From Candidatus Hodarchaeota archaeon (GTDB lineage Archaea; Asgardarchaeota; Lokiarchaeia; Sigyniarchaeales; SOKP01), in NCBI GenBank assembly GCA_048886685.1, contig JBHLKM010000014.1, positions 1 to 64,000 on the forward strand: a stretch of 64,000 nucleotides of DNA, given 5' to 3'. Of the stretch, positions 18,001-26,920 are shown one piece after another (the stretch's first letter is position 1; each line of letters starts with the position of its first letter). The notes beneath the pieces were generated by a model that made no database searches, was not told the origin of the DNA, and was given only the letters and a program-made list of their open reading frames with translations. A program made the translations under genes and the position numbers.

Positions 18001-20357
18001 TAGAAAAGAAAAAAGAGGAAAAGGATTTTCAAAAAGATATCATAGAGATGGTTAATAAAGCGGAGAAATTAGAAAGGGAATATAACTCTGCAATGAAGAA
18101 AGCCTTAAAGAAGGGTGAAATAATTGAACATACTCCTTATCCTGAAATTATAGAAATATATAGACAAATTCAAAACGAAATGCTTGAAAGAGGTTGGGTT
18201 GATCAATCGCAAATATATTTTAACCAAATAAAAATTTATCAAGAGAAATTAAAGAAGAGTGAAATATTACGTGAAGTTGAAGCTAAAAAAGCCGAAAGAG
18301 AGAGGGAAATTAAAGAGATGCATAAGGTGAAAGAAGATTTTAAGCCAGCTAGACCTGATAAAATAAAAGAAGGAGATATAGGAATTAAGGAAGAGGATTT
18401 ATTATTAGATAAGGCTATGAACCTTATAGATGAAGCAGAAAGATTAGTGAAAAATTATGAGGTCAACATAAAAAGCGATGTTTTATTATTTGAAAGTCCT
18501 TATGATAAAGCTATTACAAATTATAATGAAGCCAAAAATCTATTCCAAGAAATTGGTTGGAATGATGAGGCTGGACGTTTGATAAATACAATTAAATTTT
18601 ATAAAGAAAAACAAGAAAAAGATGAGAAATTAAGGGAAATAGAAAAAAAGAAACTACAAGAACCAGAAGCAGAATTAATTGCTGCTAAAACTGGTACTGA
18701 AAAAGAACTATTCGCTAAAGAAAAAAAGATACTCGAATTTGAAAAAAAAAAGAAGGATGAAGAAAAACAAGCAGAAAAGATATTTAATCAAATTCATAAC
18801 GCAGAAAGGATGGCAAAAGAGTATGAGTTAAAAATTAAAGAAGGTTTTTTTGAACACGAACCTCCTTATGAAAAGATTCTCAATATCTATCGAAATGCAA
18901 GAAAATCTTTTGAGGAAATAGGTTGGATGGAGGAATCAATGAAACTTCTAAATACAATTCAATTTTATAAAGAAAAGTTAGAGAAAGATATGAGATTACG
19001 TTCTTTAGAAATTGAAAAGGCAAAGAAACAAGAAGAAGAGCTCTTGATGCAACAGAAACTGTTAGAACAGGCAAAAGTAAAACAAGAAAGATTGCTTAAA
19101 AAAAGAAAAGAAAGTCTACTTGTTAGAGAAGAAAAAGTTAGCGAATTTGAATCTGCAAAAGACAGAGCATTTAGACTTATGGATCGTGCGAAGATTGAAT
19201 TAAATCAAAATAATTTTGAAAAAGCAATTGATCTTTACAAAGAAGGGGAAGAAATCTTTTCTCAAATCAATTGGCAAGAAGGGATTAATATGGTTAAGGA
19301 TTCTATTACTATGATTAAGAGAAAACAACAGTCTTTTGAACTTGAACAAGCGGCTATTGAAGAAAAAAAGGCTAAACAATTGAAAATCGAGGAAAAACTC
19401 GAAGAAAAGTTAGCTAAAGATGAAGAATTGAGGAAACTCCAACAAGAAGAAAAAAGAAAAGAAGTATTAAAAATACAACGTGAGAAAGAATGGGAAAAAG
19501 ATATTTCAGAGGAAGCTTACAAACTTTTAGAACAAGGTACAAAATTATTAGATAAGAAGAACTTCGAAGAAGCTTATGAAAAATATATTGAAGCACGTAA
19601 ATTATTTGATAAAATTTCGTGGAAAAGAGAAGTATCTCGGATAAATAATGATCTATTGTTTAAGCTGAACCGAGAGAGGAAAACTTTTGAGATATTTGAA
19701 GACATAAAAAAGAAAAGAGTTGAAGAAGAAATGGAAATGGAATTATTAAAAAAGGAAGTAGAGAAAGAACGAGATGAGCATGAAAAGAGAAAAAAGGAAG
19801 AAAAACGGAAATTAGCAAAGGAAGAATTTGATAGAAAGATCCTCAAAGAAATAGAAAGAGCAGAAAACCTAATTGAGGCTTTCAAATACAATGAGGGAAT
19901 AATAATACTTAAAAGAGAGGCTAGAAAATTAAATGAATCAGAACATGGAATTCAGATTGAGAGAATCGAAAAAATTATTAGCGATGTGAAAGATCAAACA
20001 GAAATCCCATTAATTGCATTAGAACCTTTGGATGGTATAGATAATTTAGGAAAATTTAAAGCAACATATATTGCATTAGATAAAGCACAAATATCATTAA
20101 TTAAGAAGAGTTTCATGAAAGCTATCTCAGAATTAAAGGAATCTATTTTTCACCTAAAAGACCTTAAGATAAGTAAGAAATATGTAGGAAAAATTGATGA
20201 TAAAATTGGAGAATTACAGGAAAAATTAGGTAAAAAACCTAAAGCAAAGGAAAAAGAATATCAAGGTGAGAAGGAAATATTAAAATCCCGTATTGAGGCT
20301 AGGAGAAAAGAAAGAAGGAAAAAAGTATTAGATCTGTTAGGAAACAGTAAAGACTAA
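15084..20357 (+). CDS. Giant E/K-rich helical-repeat protein (TPR/MIT-like modules with charged helical spacers)
   Basis: 1757-aa ORF with a recurring A-x2-L...PY-x2-I-x2-Y...GW-x3-A...I module. Confidence 0.8.
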   Translation: MTDIMDKQEEGEEDFEQEFDENGFDPTKEAFFSDLMGMEEDIASEAYELVEHAINLIDSKYFDDGIEVLRQAIGLYTQINREEEIKAINEKISEVYLLKEQVFREGEIEEEKVEQFEIVEETLASDLQVELAEGEIKVDLFAEAVQLINEGKEFLENKKFEEALDKYDQAVEIFESLDKPDEVEKIFKLIEECYNKKAKFLRGVKFPIPEIETEPKQKQILKEDQLKDEKLKKYLEAKKREEEISSQAYELLGKAAELTKSKQYDEALQLYSEGSKLFQELKWDYEVEKVQETISQLENERSSYLIELEREKAEKMGQVEIRVQQEETIKQQVVEREEQEIVERLERLREMEFQKMETEFFKAQIDNMATEASRMVREYELAMQRAIKKGELIEECVYPQVIEIYKRIKELLIDKGWRNEAAIYDDTIDIYIQKFEQDKKIRQIEAEKVIKQKEAEELLKISKEETTVVLNEEQLKVLEEQRKKEVEIQNLITKIDEMTGRAEKLAREYEVALRKGKFELKCPYPEIIEFFKTVRQLSLEKGWESDAAIFLSQIQAFKEKLEKDKKLRQIEAEKVQKQIKAEDLSKIQKEEKEISVDKEKLRKIEEKKRLAEEEEKFEQLINDMVNKAEKMGREYDTEMKKAVRQGKLAENPPFEEIIQIYERVKQMVLAKGRNEEGTVYDNQINYYSQKWEKDRKLREVEAQKIQRQKELDEMQKIGIDEKKLKVIEIKREQEDFETYIADMVNKAEKLVREHENEMRKSMRHGEILESTPYSEVIEIYKQIREKVYARGWREQAEIFTNQIKIYQDKMEKHEKLLEVEAQKIQREKDLEDMHKVEKTVEIDKDKLKAIEKKREQEDFETYITDMVNKAEKLVREHESEMRKSMRSGEILESTPYSEVIEIYKQIREKVYAQGWREQAEIFTNQIKIYQDKLEKHEKLLEVEAQKIQREKDLEDMLKVEKIVENDKDKLKKLEKKKEEKDFQKDIIEMVNKAEKLEREYNSAMKKALKKGEIIEHTPYPEIIEIYRQIQNEMLERGWVDQSQIYFNQIKIYQEKLKKSEILREVEAKKAEREREIKEMHKVKEDFKPARPDKIKEGDIGIKEEDLLLDKAMNLIDEAERLVKNYEVNIKSDVLLFESPYDKAITNYNEAKNLFQEIGWNDEAGRLINTIKFYKEKQEKDEKLREIEKKKLQEPEAELIAAKTGTEKELFAKEKKILEFEKKKKDEEKQAEKIFNQIHNAERMAKEYELKIKEGFFEHEPPYEKILNIYRNARKSFEEIGWMEESMKLLNTIQFYKEKLEKDMRLRSLEIEKAKKQEEELLMQQKLLEQAKVKQERLLKKRKESLLVREEKVSEFESAKDRAFRLMDRAKIELNQNNFEKAIDLYKEGEEIFSQINWQEGINMVKDSITMIKRKQQSFELEQAAIEEKKAKQLKIEEKLEEKLAKDEELRKLQQEEKRKEVLKIQREKEWEKDISEEAYKLLEQGTKLLDKKNFEEAYEKYIEARKLFDKISWKREVSRINNDLLFKLNRERKTFEIFEDIKKKRVEEEMEMELLKKEVEKERDEHEKRKKEEKRKLAKEEFDRKILKEIERAENLIEAFKYNEGIIILKREARKLNESEHGIQIERIEKIISDVKDQTEIPLIALEPLDGIDNLGKFKATYIALDKAQISLIKKSFMKAISELKESIFHLKDLKISKKYVGKIDDKIGELQEKLGKKPKAKEKEYQGEKEILKSRIEARRKERRKKVLDLLGNSKD
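17280..17995 (+). repeat. Near-identical 369-bp tandem duplication inside the giant ORF
   Basis: caagaggattttgaaacgta starts at 17280 and 17649. The downstream sequence is nearly identical over about 340 bp. Confidence 0.9.
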
Positions 20358-20446
20358 ACAAAAATATTCTTTAAAAGCTTATTTCTTTATTTTTCTTTTA
20401 TATTCAACATTAAAGTTGAAAAAAATAAGAAAAAATTTTAAACTAA

Positions 20447-20668
20447 TTAAGTGAATAACTTTTCTTCTACTTCATTTGTTATTTCAGACTCTATTAAAGT
20501 AGGGCTAACATTTCTTTCAATTGATTCTTCAATGAGGTATTCTGTTTTAATTAAATCTCGAATCGCTACTCGGATCGCCTCACTTCTATTGGGAAATTTG
20601 CCTTCGGATACAAGTATCTCCAATACTTTTAGATACGATTCAGGTAAATTTACTGAAATTAATTTAAT
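20447..20668 (-). CDS. Ribbon-helix-helix (CopG/MetJ/CdrS-like) transcription regulator, 73 aa, apparent ATT start
   Basis: Manual translation: IKLISVNLPESYLKVLEILVSEGKFPNRSEAIRVAIRDLIKTEY. SD-like AGGTGA 6 nt upstream. An in-frame TGA rules out an upstream ATG. Confidence 0.85.
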   Translation of the reverse strand: MKLISVNLPESYLKVLEILVSEGKFPNRSEAIRVAIRDLIKTEYLIEESIERNVSPTLIESEITNEVEEKLFT

Positions 20669-20893
20669 TAAAAATCACCTTAATTTTTTAGTTTCAATTA
20701 ATACAAATATATACGAGAGTGATATATTTAAAGATTTAGTGGAAAATGACCCCAAGAAATCCGACATAATGCTATTATGTTTTTAAATAATTAAACGGAC
20801 GTATTAAATATTGGATTTTTGCAATTGGCAACACTTCAAAAATCTTAGCTAATCGTGAAAATTTTTCAATACCAAAAATTTTTAAACTAGTCT

Positions 20894-20915
20894 TATATGT
20901 TACATGTAACATATA
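20894..20915. promoter_or_regulatory. Perfect 22-bp palindrome, candidate operator
   Basis: TATATGTTACATGTAACATATA is its own reverse complement and lies between divergent genes. Confidence 0.6.
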
Positions 20916-20968
20916 TGTAGTTGCTAGATAAAATTAGTTTAAAAAATGCAAACAGATAGAGATTTATC

Positions 20969-21289
20969 ATGGCAGATATTGAAGCACAATTAAAGGAACA
21001 TCTGGAGAGTGGAAATGATTGGGAGAAAATGGAAACTCCAGTTGAAGGTGTGAGTGTTGTTAAAGTTCCTGCTACAAAGACAAGACCGGCACTTCTTTTC
21101 TTAGAAATAAATCCCATAAAAGAGGACGGAAAACCTTTAAAGAAAAGAGGTTTGTTTGTTGGTAATAAAGAGATGCTTATTAAATTTGGTGAAGCTTTAA
21201 ATGATGATAAGACATTTCAACTAATTCAAGAATTAGAAAAGGTCAATCCAAAAGTTACAAATAGCAGAGCAAAAAAATTAGAAATGTAG
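20969..21289 (+). CDS. Hypothetical protein, probably a conserved archaeal family
   Basis: 106-aa ORF with a beta-rich core (VSVVKVP, LFLEINP, GKPLKKRGLF). Confidence 0.7.
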   Translation: MADIEAQLKEHLESGNDWEKMETPVEGVSVVKVPATKTRPALLFLEINPIKEDGKPLKKRGLFVGNKEMLIKFGEALNDDKTFQLIQELEKVNPKVTNSRAKKLEM

Positions 21290-21685
21290 GTATAATTTAT
21301 CTTTTTATTTTCTACTCTTTTTATTTTTATATTAATTTGTTAGTCTCTCTCTCATTTTAATTGGTTTCCTTTTAATTCATTCAAGAAATGATACTTGAAT
21401 AACAAATTCTAGACTCTAAAATAAGAAATAATTCTCCTATAAGTCATATTTCTAGGAGGAGATTCTTTTTAATCCGAAATGGAAAAGAAAAACAGAGTTG
21501 ATGAATATTCCCACATAATTCCCATTAAAAAATATTCCTTATCAATCAATTAATAGCAAATAATAATCTTTCTTTCGAAATCGTTTAATTTTTAATTTAG
21601 TATTTTATTATTATTATAAAAAAAATGTATAAAATTCTAAATTTATAGGTTTTTTTTCAAAAAGAATTATTAAAAATGTGATTAT

Positions 21686-21973
21686 ATGGCTCATCAAGAA
21701 GATGGAGTTCATTGTATTGTTTGTGGAAAGGAACAATTTAGTCTAGCACACGACGAATGGATGCGGAGAGCTTTTCCGTTTGTGGAGCAAGGACAATTGA
21801 AAATGTGTGCAGGATGTGGAGCTAAATATTTAGTTTGTCAGAGTTGTGGAGGTTTGTATTGCCGTATCCATCCGGCCTTAGAGAGTTGGGAACTTCCAGA
21901 TAAATGCCCAAAATGTGGCTGGGTAAATAAAGATGTAACTGCTTGGGATGGTACATCTGCTCGCCATTTCTAA
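21686..21973 (+). CDS. Small multi-zinc-finger protein
   Basis: Four CxxC pairs (CIVC, CAGC, CQSC, CPKC) plus extra C/H residues. Confidence 0.75.
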   Translation: MAHQEDGVHCIVCGKEQFSLAHDEWMRRAFPFVEQGQLKMCAGCGAKYLVCQSCGGLYCRIHPALESWELPDKCPKCGWVNKDVTAWDGTSARHF

Positions 21974-22200
21974 CTTAAGACTTTTTGAATTACATTTTCT
22001 TTTTAAATTTTATTTAGGTTAAACTTCTAAAGCGATATCAAATTTTAAAACCAAATAATTATCTTAATTTCTTAATAGGAAAACACCATATTATGAGTTT
22101 ATTATTAATTATAAGTTAGGAAAGTTTTAATTTTAAAGAATCAATAATATTTGTATCAGCAATTATTTTGTAATGTTTAGATATTTAAGGTGATTATATT

Positions 22201-22662
22201 TTGCAAATCCGCGTAGAAATAGCCAATCCAGAGCAGATTAATGATTTACAAGAATTAACTAAACAATTAGTAGAAGGATTGGGGCAAGATTTTGATCCAA
22301 AACGTTTTGATTGGGGGATTAGACGTCGTCTTTTTGATCCTCTTCAACGTCATGGAATTCTCATTGCCATTGATGAAGATAATAATTCTGTGGTTGGAAT
22401 GATTATAGCAGAGCTTCGTATTGATCCATTAGGGTCATCTGAGGGATATATTAAGCAATTTTTTTTAAAGGAAGAATACCGCAGTAAGGGTACAGGATAT
22501 CTTTTATTAGAAAAGGCTTTAGAACACTTAAAAAGAATCAAGGTAGAAAAAGTAAAAGTTAATATTAAAGAAAAAGCAGTAGAGGCTTCAAATTTATATG
22601 AGAAGATGAAGTTTAAAAAAGTATATGAAGTCTTAGAGTTGGACTTAACAAAGGACAGCTAA
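22201..22662 (+). CDS. GNAT-family N-acetyltransferase
   Basis: EEYRSKGTG acetyl-CoA motif; LYEKMKF. Confidence 0.85.
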   Translation: MQIRVEIANPEQINDLQELTKQLVEGLGQDFDPKRFDWGIRRRLFDPLQRHGILIAIDEDNNSVVGMIIAELRIDPLGSSEGYIKQFFLKEEYRSKGTGYLLLEKALEHLKRIKVEKVKVNIKEKAVEASNLYEKMKFKKVYEVLELDLTKDS

Positions 22663-22683
22663 AAAATTGAATTAATTAAGAAA

Positions 22684-23655
22684 ATGAGCATAGAAACCCC
22701 TTGGGTTGAAAAGTATCGTCCGGCGGCTTTTAAAGATATCGTGAGTCAAAATATAGCCATAAATAGTTTAAAAGAATTTATCAGAAGCCCTGATATGCCT
22801 CATATGATTTTTACAGGGCCTGCGGGAACCGGAAAGACTAGCACTGCTTTAATAATCGCAAAAAATTTCCTTAAAGAGGAGGAATTAAGCACTAATCTCT
22901 TAGAAGTGAATGCTTCTGATACTGTGAGAATAGATTTTGTAAGAAATGTTTTAAAAAATTTCGTAAGCCAGAATATCATTAAAGATGGTTCCTTAAAGTT
23001 TGTAATTTTAGATGAAGCTGATAACATTCCAGGTCAGGTTCAGCAAGCTCTCAGAAGAATCATTGAAAAAGCATCAATGAATATTAAATTTATTTTATTA
23101 TGCAATTATATTAATCGAATTATAGATCCAATTATTTCTAGATGTGCCGTATTCAGATTCGTAAATTTGCCTAAAGAAAAAATTGTAGGAAGATTAAAAT
23201 ATATTGCTGAACAAGAAAAACTGCAAATCCCTAAGGATAAATCAGTCCAGTTTTATGACCTTTTATTTTTTATTTCAGGAGGAGATTTGAGAAAAGCAAT
23301 TAATACTCTTCAAATGGCTGTTGCTCTTGAACTTTTGAATAATTTAGATTTAAGTGAAATTCTAAGAATCTCTGGATTTATGGATAAAAAAACTTTAGAT
23401 GAATTAATAGCAGCTCTTAAAAGTAAAGATTTTAAGAAATCGATAGAAATTATTAACTCAATTGAAACTCTTGATAGTAGAAATTTTATAAGACAAATAA
23501 TTGATGCTTTATCACAAGTAAAAATAGAACCTAAGAAGATCCCCGCTTTAAGATCTTTTATCGCAGATATAGACTATCGAATAAGTCAAGGAGCAAATGA
23601 AAATATGCAGGTTTCAGCACTTTTAGCCGAAATTATAGAAAAAATTAAAGCATGA
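22684..23655 (+). CDS. rfcS: Replication factor C small subunit
   Basis: PWVEKYRP, GPAGTGKT, NASD, ILDEAD, SRC, GDLR. Confidence 0.95.
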   Translation: MSIETPWVEKYRPAAFKDIVSQNIAINSLKEFIRSPDMPHMIFTGPAGTGKTSTALIIAKNFLKEEELSTNLLEVNASDTVRIDFVRNVLKNFVSQNIIKDGSLKFVILDEADNIPGQVQQALRRIIEKASMNIKFILLCNYINRIIDPIISRCAVFRFVNLPKEKIVGRLKYIAEQEKLQIPKDKSVQFYDLLFFISGGDLRKAINTLQMAVALELLNNLDLSEILRISGFMDKKTLDELIAALKSKDFKKSIEIINSIETLDSRNFIRQIIDALSQVKIEPKKIPALRSFIADIDYRISQGANENMQVSALLAEIIEKIKA

Positions 23656-23667
23656 GAATTTAGAATT

Positions 23668-24714
23668 TTGATTGAAGATATCCCTATATGGAGAATTAAA
23701 TATTATCCAAGGAATTTAGACCAAATTTGCGGTCGAACAGAAATAAAAAAAGCTTTAAAGAATATTATAGCACGAAAAAATTTCCCACATCTGCTATTCA
23801 TCGGGGCTGAAGGTGTTGGAAAAACTACTCTGGCAACCTTGTTTTCAAAAGAGTTTTTAGGTACAGAATTTGAAGCGAATTTTAAATTAGTGTATGCGAA
23901 TGTTCCATTGAGTGAAGAAGAAAGAAAACAAGCAAGAGCAGAAGCATATATCTCAACAAGTAAAATCGGTAGCATTGCAGGAAGACGAATTACTACGCCA
24001 GCTTTTATTCAGGTTAAAATTAAACCTTTTGCTCAATTAAAAGTATTGGGAACTTCACCCTTTAAAATTTTAGTCGTAAAAAATTTTGAAGCTTTAGGAA
24101 GTAATCAGCAAGGTTTTAGAAGATTAATGGAAATTTATGGCTCAAATTGTAGGATGATATTAATTACTACAAAAATTTCAAGTGTCATAGATCCTATTAT
24201 AAGCAGGTGCCAATTATTTCTAATTCCTCGTGTAAAATTCGAAAATTTTGAAATCTTAATGGAGGATATTGTCAATAATGAATCCTTGAAGTTTTCTGAT
24301 GGAACTATTGAAATCCTATATAAAATTTCTGAAGGCAGAATATTTCAAGCAATAGATCTCCTGCAACTAAGTAGTATAACAGGAAATAAAATTGATAAAA
24401 CTGTCTTATATGAAAATGCTCAACGATTTCAAAATGACCAAATAAGGAGTCTTCTATTAATTTCGTTGAAAGGAGATTTCCCTAAATCAAGAGAATTAGC
24501 TCGTAAAATTCTCTCTAATTATAAATATACTACTCATGAATTATTCAAATTATTACTTAATGAAATTAACAAACTACCTCTAAGTAGATATGTTAGGAGC
24601 GAAATAATTAATCTAATAGCCGAAGCTGATTTCAGGGCTCTTGATGGAAGAGATAGTGATATTCAAATATCTGCTTTATTATCTAAAATCTGTTTATTTA
24701 GTCAATACTTATAG
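23668..24714 (+). CDS. Second, divergent RFC small subunit with a degenerate Walker B
   Basis: WRIKYYP and GAEGVGKT. Walker B replaced by VVKNFEAL. SRC retained. RFC collar domain at the C-terminus. Confidence 0.85.
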   Translation: MIEDIPIWRIKYYPRNLDQICGRTEIKKALKNIIARKNFPHLLFIGAEGVGKTTLATLFSKEFLGTEFEANFKLVYANVPLSEEERKQARAEAYISTSKIGSIAGRRITTPAFIQVKIKPFAQLKVLGTSPFKILVVKNFEALGSNQQGFRRLMEIYGSNCRMILITTKISSVIDPIISRCQLFLIPRVKFENFEILMEDIVNNESLKFSDGTIEILYKISEGRIFQAIDLLQLSSITGNKIDKTVLYENAQRFQNDQIRSLLLISLKGDFPKSRELARKILSNYKYTTHELFKLLLNEINKLPLSRYVRSEIINLIAEADFRALDGRDSDIQISALLSKICLFSQYL

Positions 24715-26076
24715 GTGAATAAAATACCTGAATCTATTAAGATACCATGGGTTGAAAAATACCGTCCAAAAAGTCTTAAAGAAATGGCTTTACCTACTGC
24801 GAGGGTAAACAGTCAAAGAATAAAGCTTAATGAAGAATTGACCGATTTTATTAAAACTTTTTTTATTGAAAGAAATCGAGTAAATATTGAAAATGCAAAG
24901 ATTAGAGAGTATAACAAGAAAGTTATAGAAAAAGAGCAAAAAGACTATATTCAAATTGACTCAGAAAAAGCAGCAGTTCTCTTAGAAGGACCTCCTGGGA
25001 TTGGAAAAACATCAATTGTTTATGCTTTAGCGAATGATTTAAATATGGAGGTTATAGAAACAAATGCATCTGACACACGAACGAGGGCAACCTTAGAGAA
25101 GAGATTGAAAGAAACTAGCAAATCAAGAGGAATTATGGATTTTATTGTCGAGACTAAAGATAAATTAATACTTATTGATGAAGTTGATGGTATTTATGGT
25201 GTTCAAGATAGAGGGGCAGTTCCTACGATTATAGACTTAGTTGAAAATACTCAATTTCCGATAATAATGTGTTCTAATGAATATAAAACAAATCTCCAAC
25301 CATTATATAACAGAATTCGTAGATTTGAAGTTCATCCACTGTCCAAAAGTGAGATATTGAAAATCGTTCATAATATTCTAAAAAAAGAGAACATAACTCA
25401 ACTAAAAGAAGAAGATCTAGAGTTAATAATCGACAAGAATAATGGTGATTTACGGGGAATTATTAATGATCTTCAAGGAATTAGCCAAGGGAATGTAGAA
25501 GGAGATATTAAAGAATTTATTCTTAGTCTACGTAGAGACTCTTTAGAAGAGATTTTCACACTAATAAGAGATTTATTCTATGTCAATTCTCTAAGAGAAG
25601 CTCGAAATTTAACTGATAAATCTGACGTTGATTATAATTTTTTATATAAATGGGTTAACGAAAATCTTCCAACCTTTATAAAAACTAATCGAGAACTTGC
25701 TGATGCTTATGAAAATCTCTCTTTAGCGGACGAAATCTTTGGTAGAATCCGTATTCATCAGTATTGGGGCTTATTACCTTATTTTTTTGACCTTTTTGCG
25801 GGAGGTGTTGCTCTATCTAGAAAAGAAACACCTGAAACGAAAGGTTTTCGAAGAGTTGTTTTTCCAAGATATTCCACAGGCAGTTATTTTTCTATTACAA
25901 CTAGTCAGAAAGAAGTAATTGAGAAATTAAATAAGAAATATGAGATATCTCAGATTGATTTCCTTCAGAATCTACTCCCGTTTTTAAAGATTTTATGTGC
26001 ATCCTCAAGAAAACAGCTCAAAAACATTAGCGATTGGCTGGAATTAGATGCTAAACAAAAAAAAATGTTAAAATAA
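24715..26076 (+). CDS. rfcL: Replication factor C large subunit
   Basis: PWVEKYRP, GPPGIGKT, NASD, LIDEVDG, GDLR, WVNEN, ADEIFGR. Confidence 0.92.
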   Translation: MNKIPESIKIPWVEKYRPKSLKEMALPTARVNSQRIKLNEELTDFIKTFFIERNRVNIENAKIREYNKKVIEKEQKDYIQIDSEKAAVLLEGPPGIGKTSIVYALANDLNMEVIETNASDTRTRATLEKRLKETSKSRGIMDFIVETKDKLILIDEVDGIYGVQDRGAVPTIIDLVENTQFPIIMCSNEYKTNLQPLYNRIRRFEVHPLSKSEILKIVHNILKKENITQLKEEDLELIIDKNNGDLRGIINDLQGISQGNVEGDIKEFILSLRRDSLEEIFTLIRDLFYVNSLREARNLTDKSDVDYNFLYKWVNENLPTFIKTNRELADAYENLSLADEIFGRIRIHQYWGLLPYFFDLFAGGVALSRKETPETKGFRRVVFPRYSTGSYFSITTSQKEVIEKLNKKYEISQIDFLQNLLPFLKILCASSRKQLKNISDWLELDAKQKKMLK

Positions 26077-26157
26077 TATAGATCTTTTAAAATTCTTTAA
26101 TTTAGTTTCATAAGTTTATTATATAATTTATTTACTTCATAGAGATTTTTTGATAAA

Positions 26158-26634
26158 ATGGAAAATATTACAATAGTAGAAGCGACTAATATTGATAAGG
26201 AGCAACTAGCAAGAACATTTCAACATTTCAAAGATGAGACGACAATGAAAAATAGAGCTGAATGTTATCTTTCTCATAATAATACTATTATCGCCAAAGA
26301 TGGAAACAAAATCATTGGAAAAATGTTATGGCTTATTAAAGAAGATCCTAATGTTGGTGTAGCTGAATTTGAAGAACTATATGTTTTTGAGAATTATAGA
26401 AGAATGGGAATAGGAGCAGAATTGGTTAAGGCATCTATTAAAGCAGTTCGAAGACATTTCAAAAATCTTGGTATTAACCCCAGACGTATCTATCTTTTCA
26501 TAAATGAAAAGAATCAAATTGCTAAAACGCTGTGTGAAAAGTTCGGATTTGAGTATATTGCGAACTTAGGGCATTTATTTTCTGAAAATGATAATGAATT
26601 ATTCTATATTTTAGATTTGGCAAAAATTGAGTAA
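26158..26634 (+). CDS. GNAT-family N-acetyltransferase
   Basis: LYV-x2-YRRMGIG; N-x2-A-x2-L-x-EKFGF. Confidence 0.85.
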   Translation: MENITIVEATNIDKEQLARTFQHFKDETTMKNRAECYLSHNNTIIAKDGNKIIGKMLWLIKEDPNVGVAEFEELYVFENYRRMGIGAELVKASIKAVRRHFKNLGINPRRIYLFINEKNQIAKTLCEKFGFEYIANLGHLFSENDNELFYILDLAKIE

Positions 26635-26920
26635 GAATTAAGAACAAATTGGTGACTATCATCAATTTTTCTTTAAATTCTCCAAAAATGGGTAAGCTTA
26701 ATTTTAAAAATTGGATAAGCTTAATGCCTAAACACATATCTATTATGTTAGATTGAATAGAAATTAATGTCTTTTTGGAATTTTATATATCTATCTTTAA
26801 AATATTCGATATAAAGCTTAAGATCAGGGATTAAATTAGGAATCTTAATTACCCGAAAATTTAAATAGGAATTTCTAATTTGCAAAAAATAATAATAAGC
26901 AAAAAAATTAGGAATACAGC

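Noticed and set aside
15084-20357. CRISPR array or mobile-element repeats
   Set aside because: The repeats are in-frame coding modules with no spacers or terminal inverted repeats
20451-20786. 111-aa + strand ORF in the track
   Set aside because: Antisense shadow of the RHH gene on the minus strand
21290-21685. Short hairpins and a 24-codon ORF in a 400-bp intergenic region
   Set aside because: Stems are only about 6 bp with large loops and no strand-specific signal, consistent with chance
26800-26920. FMN/TPP/cobalamin riboswitch before the ECF S-component
   Set aside because: No conserved aptamer motifs and too AT-rich
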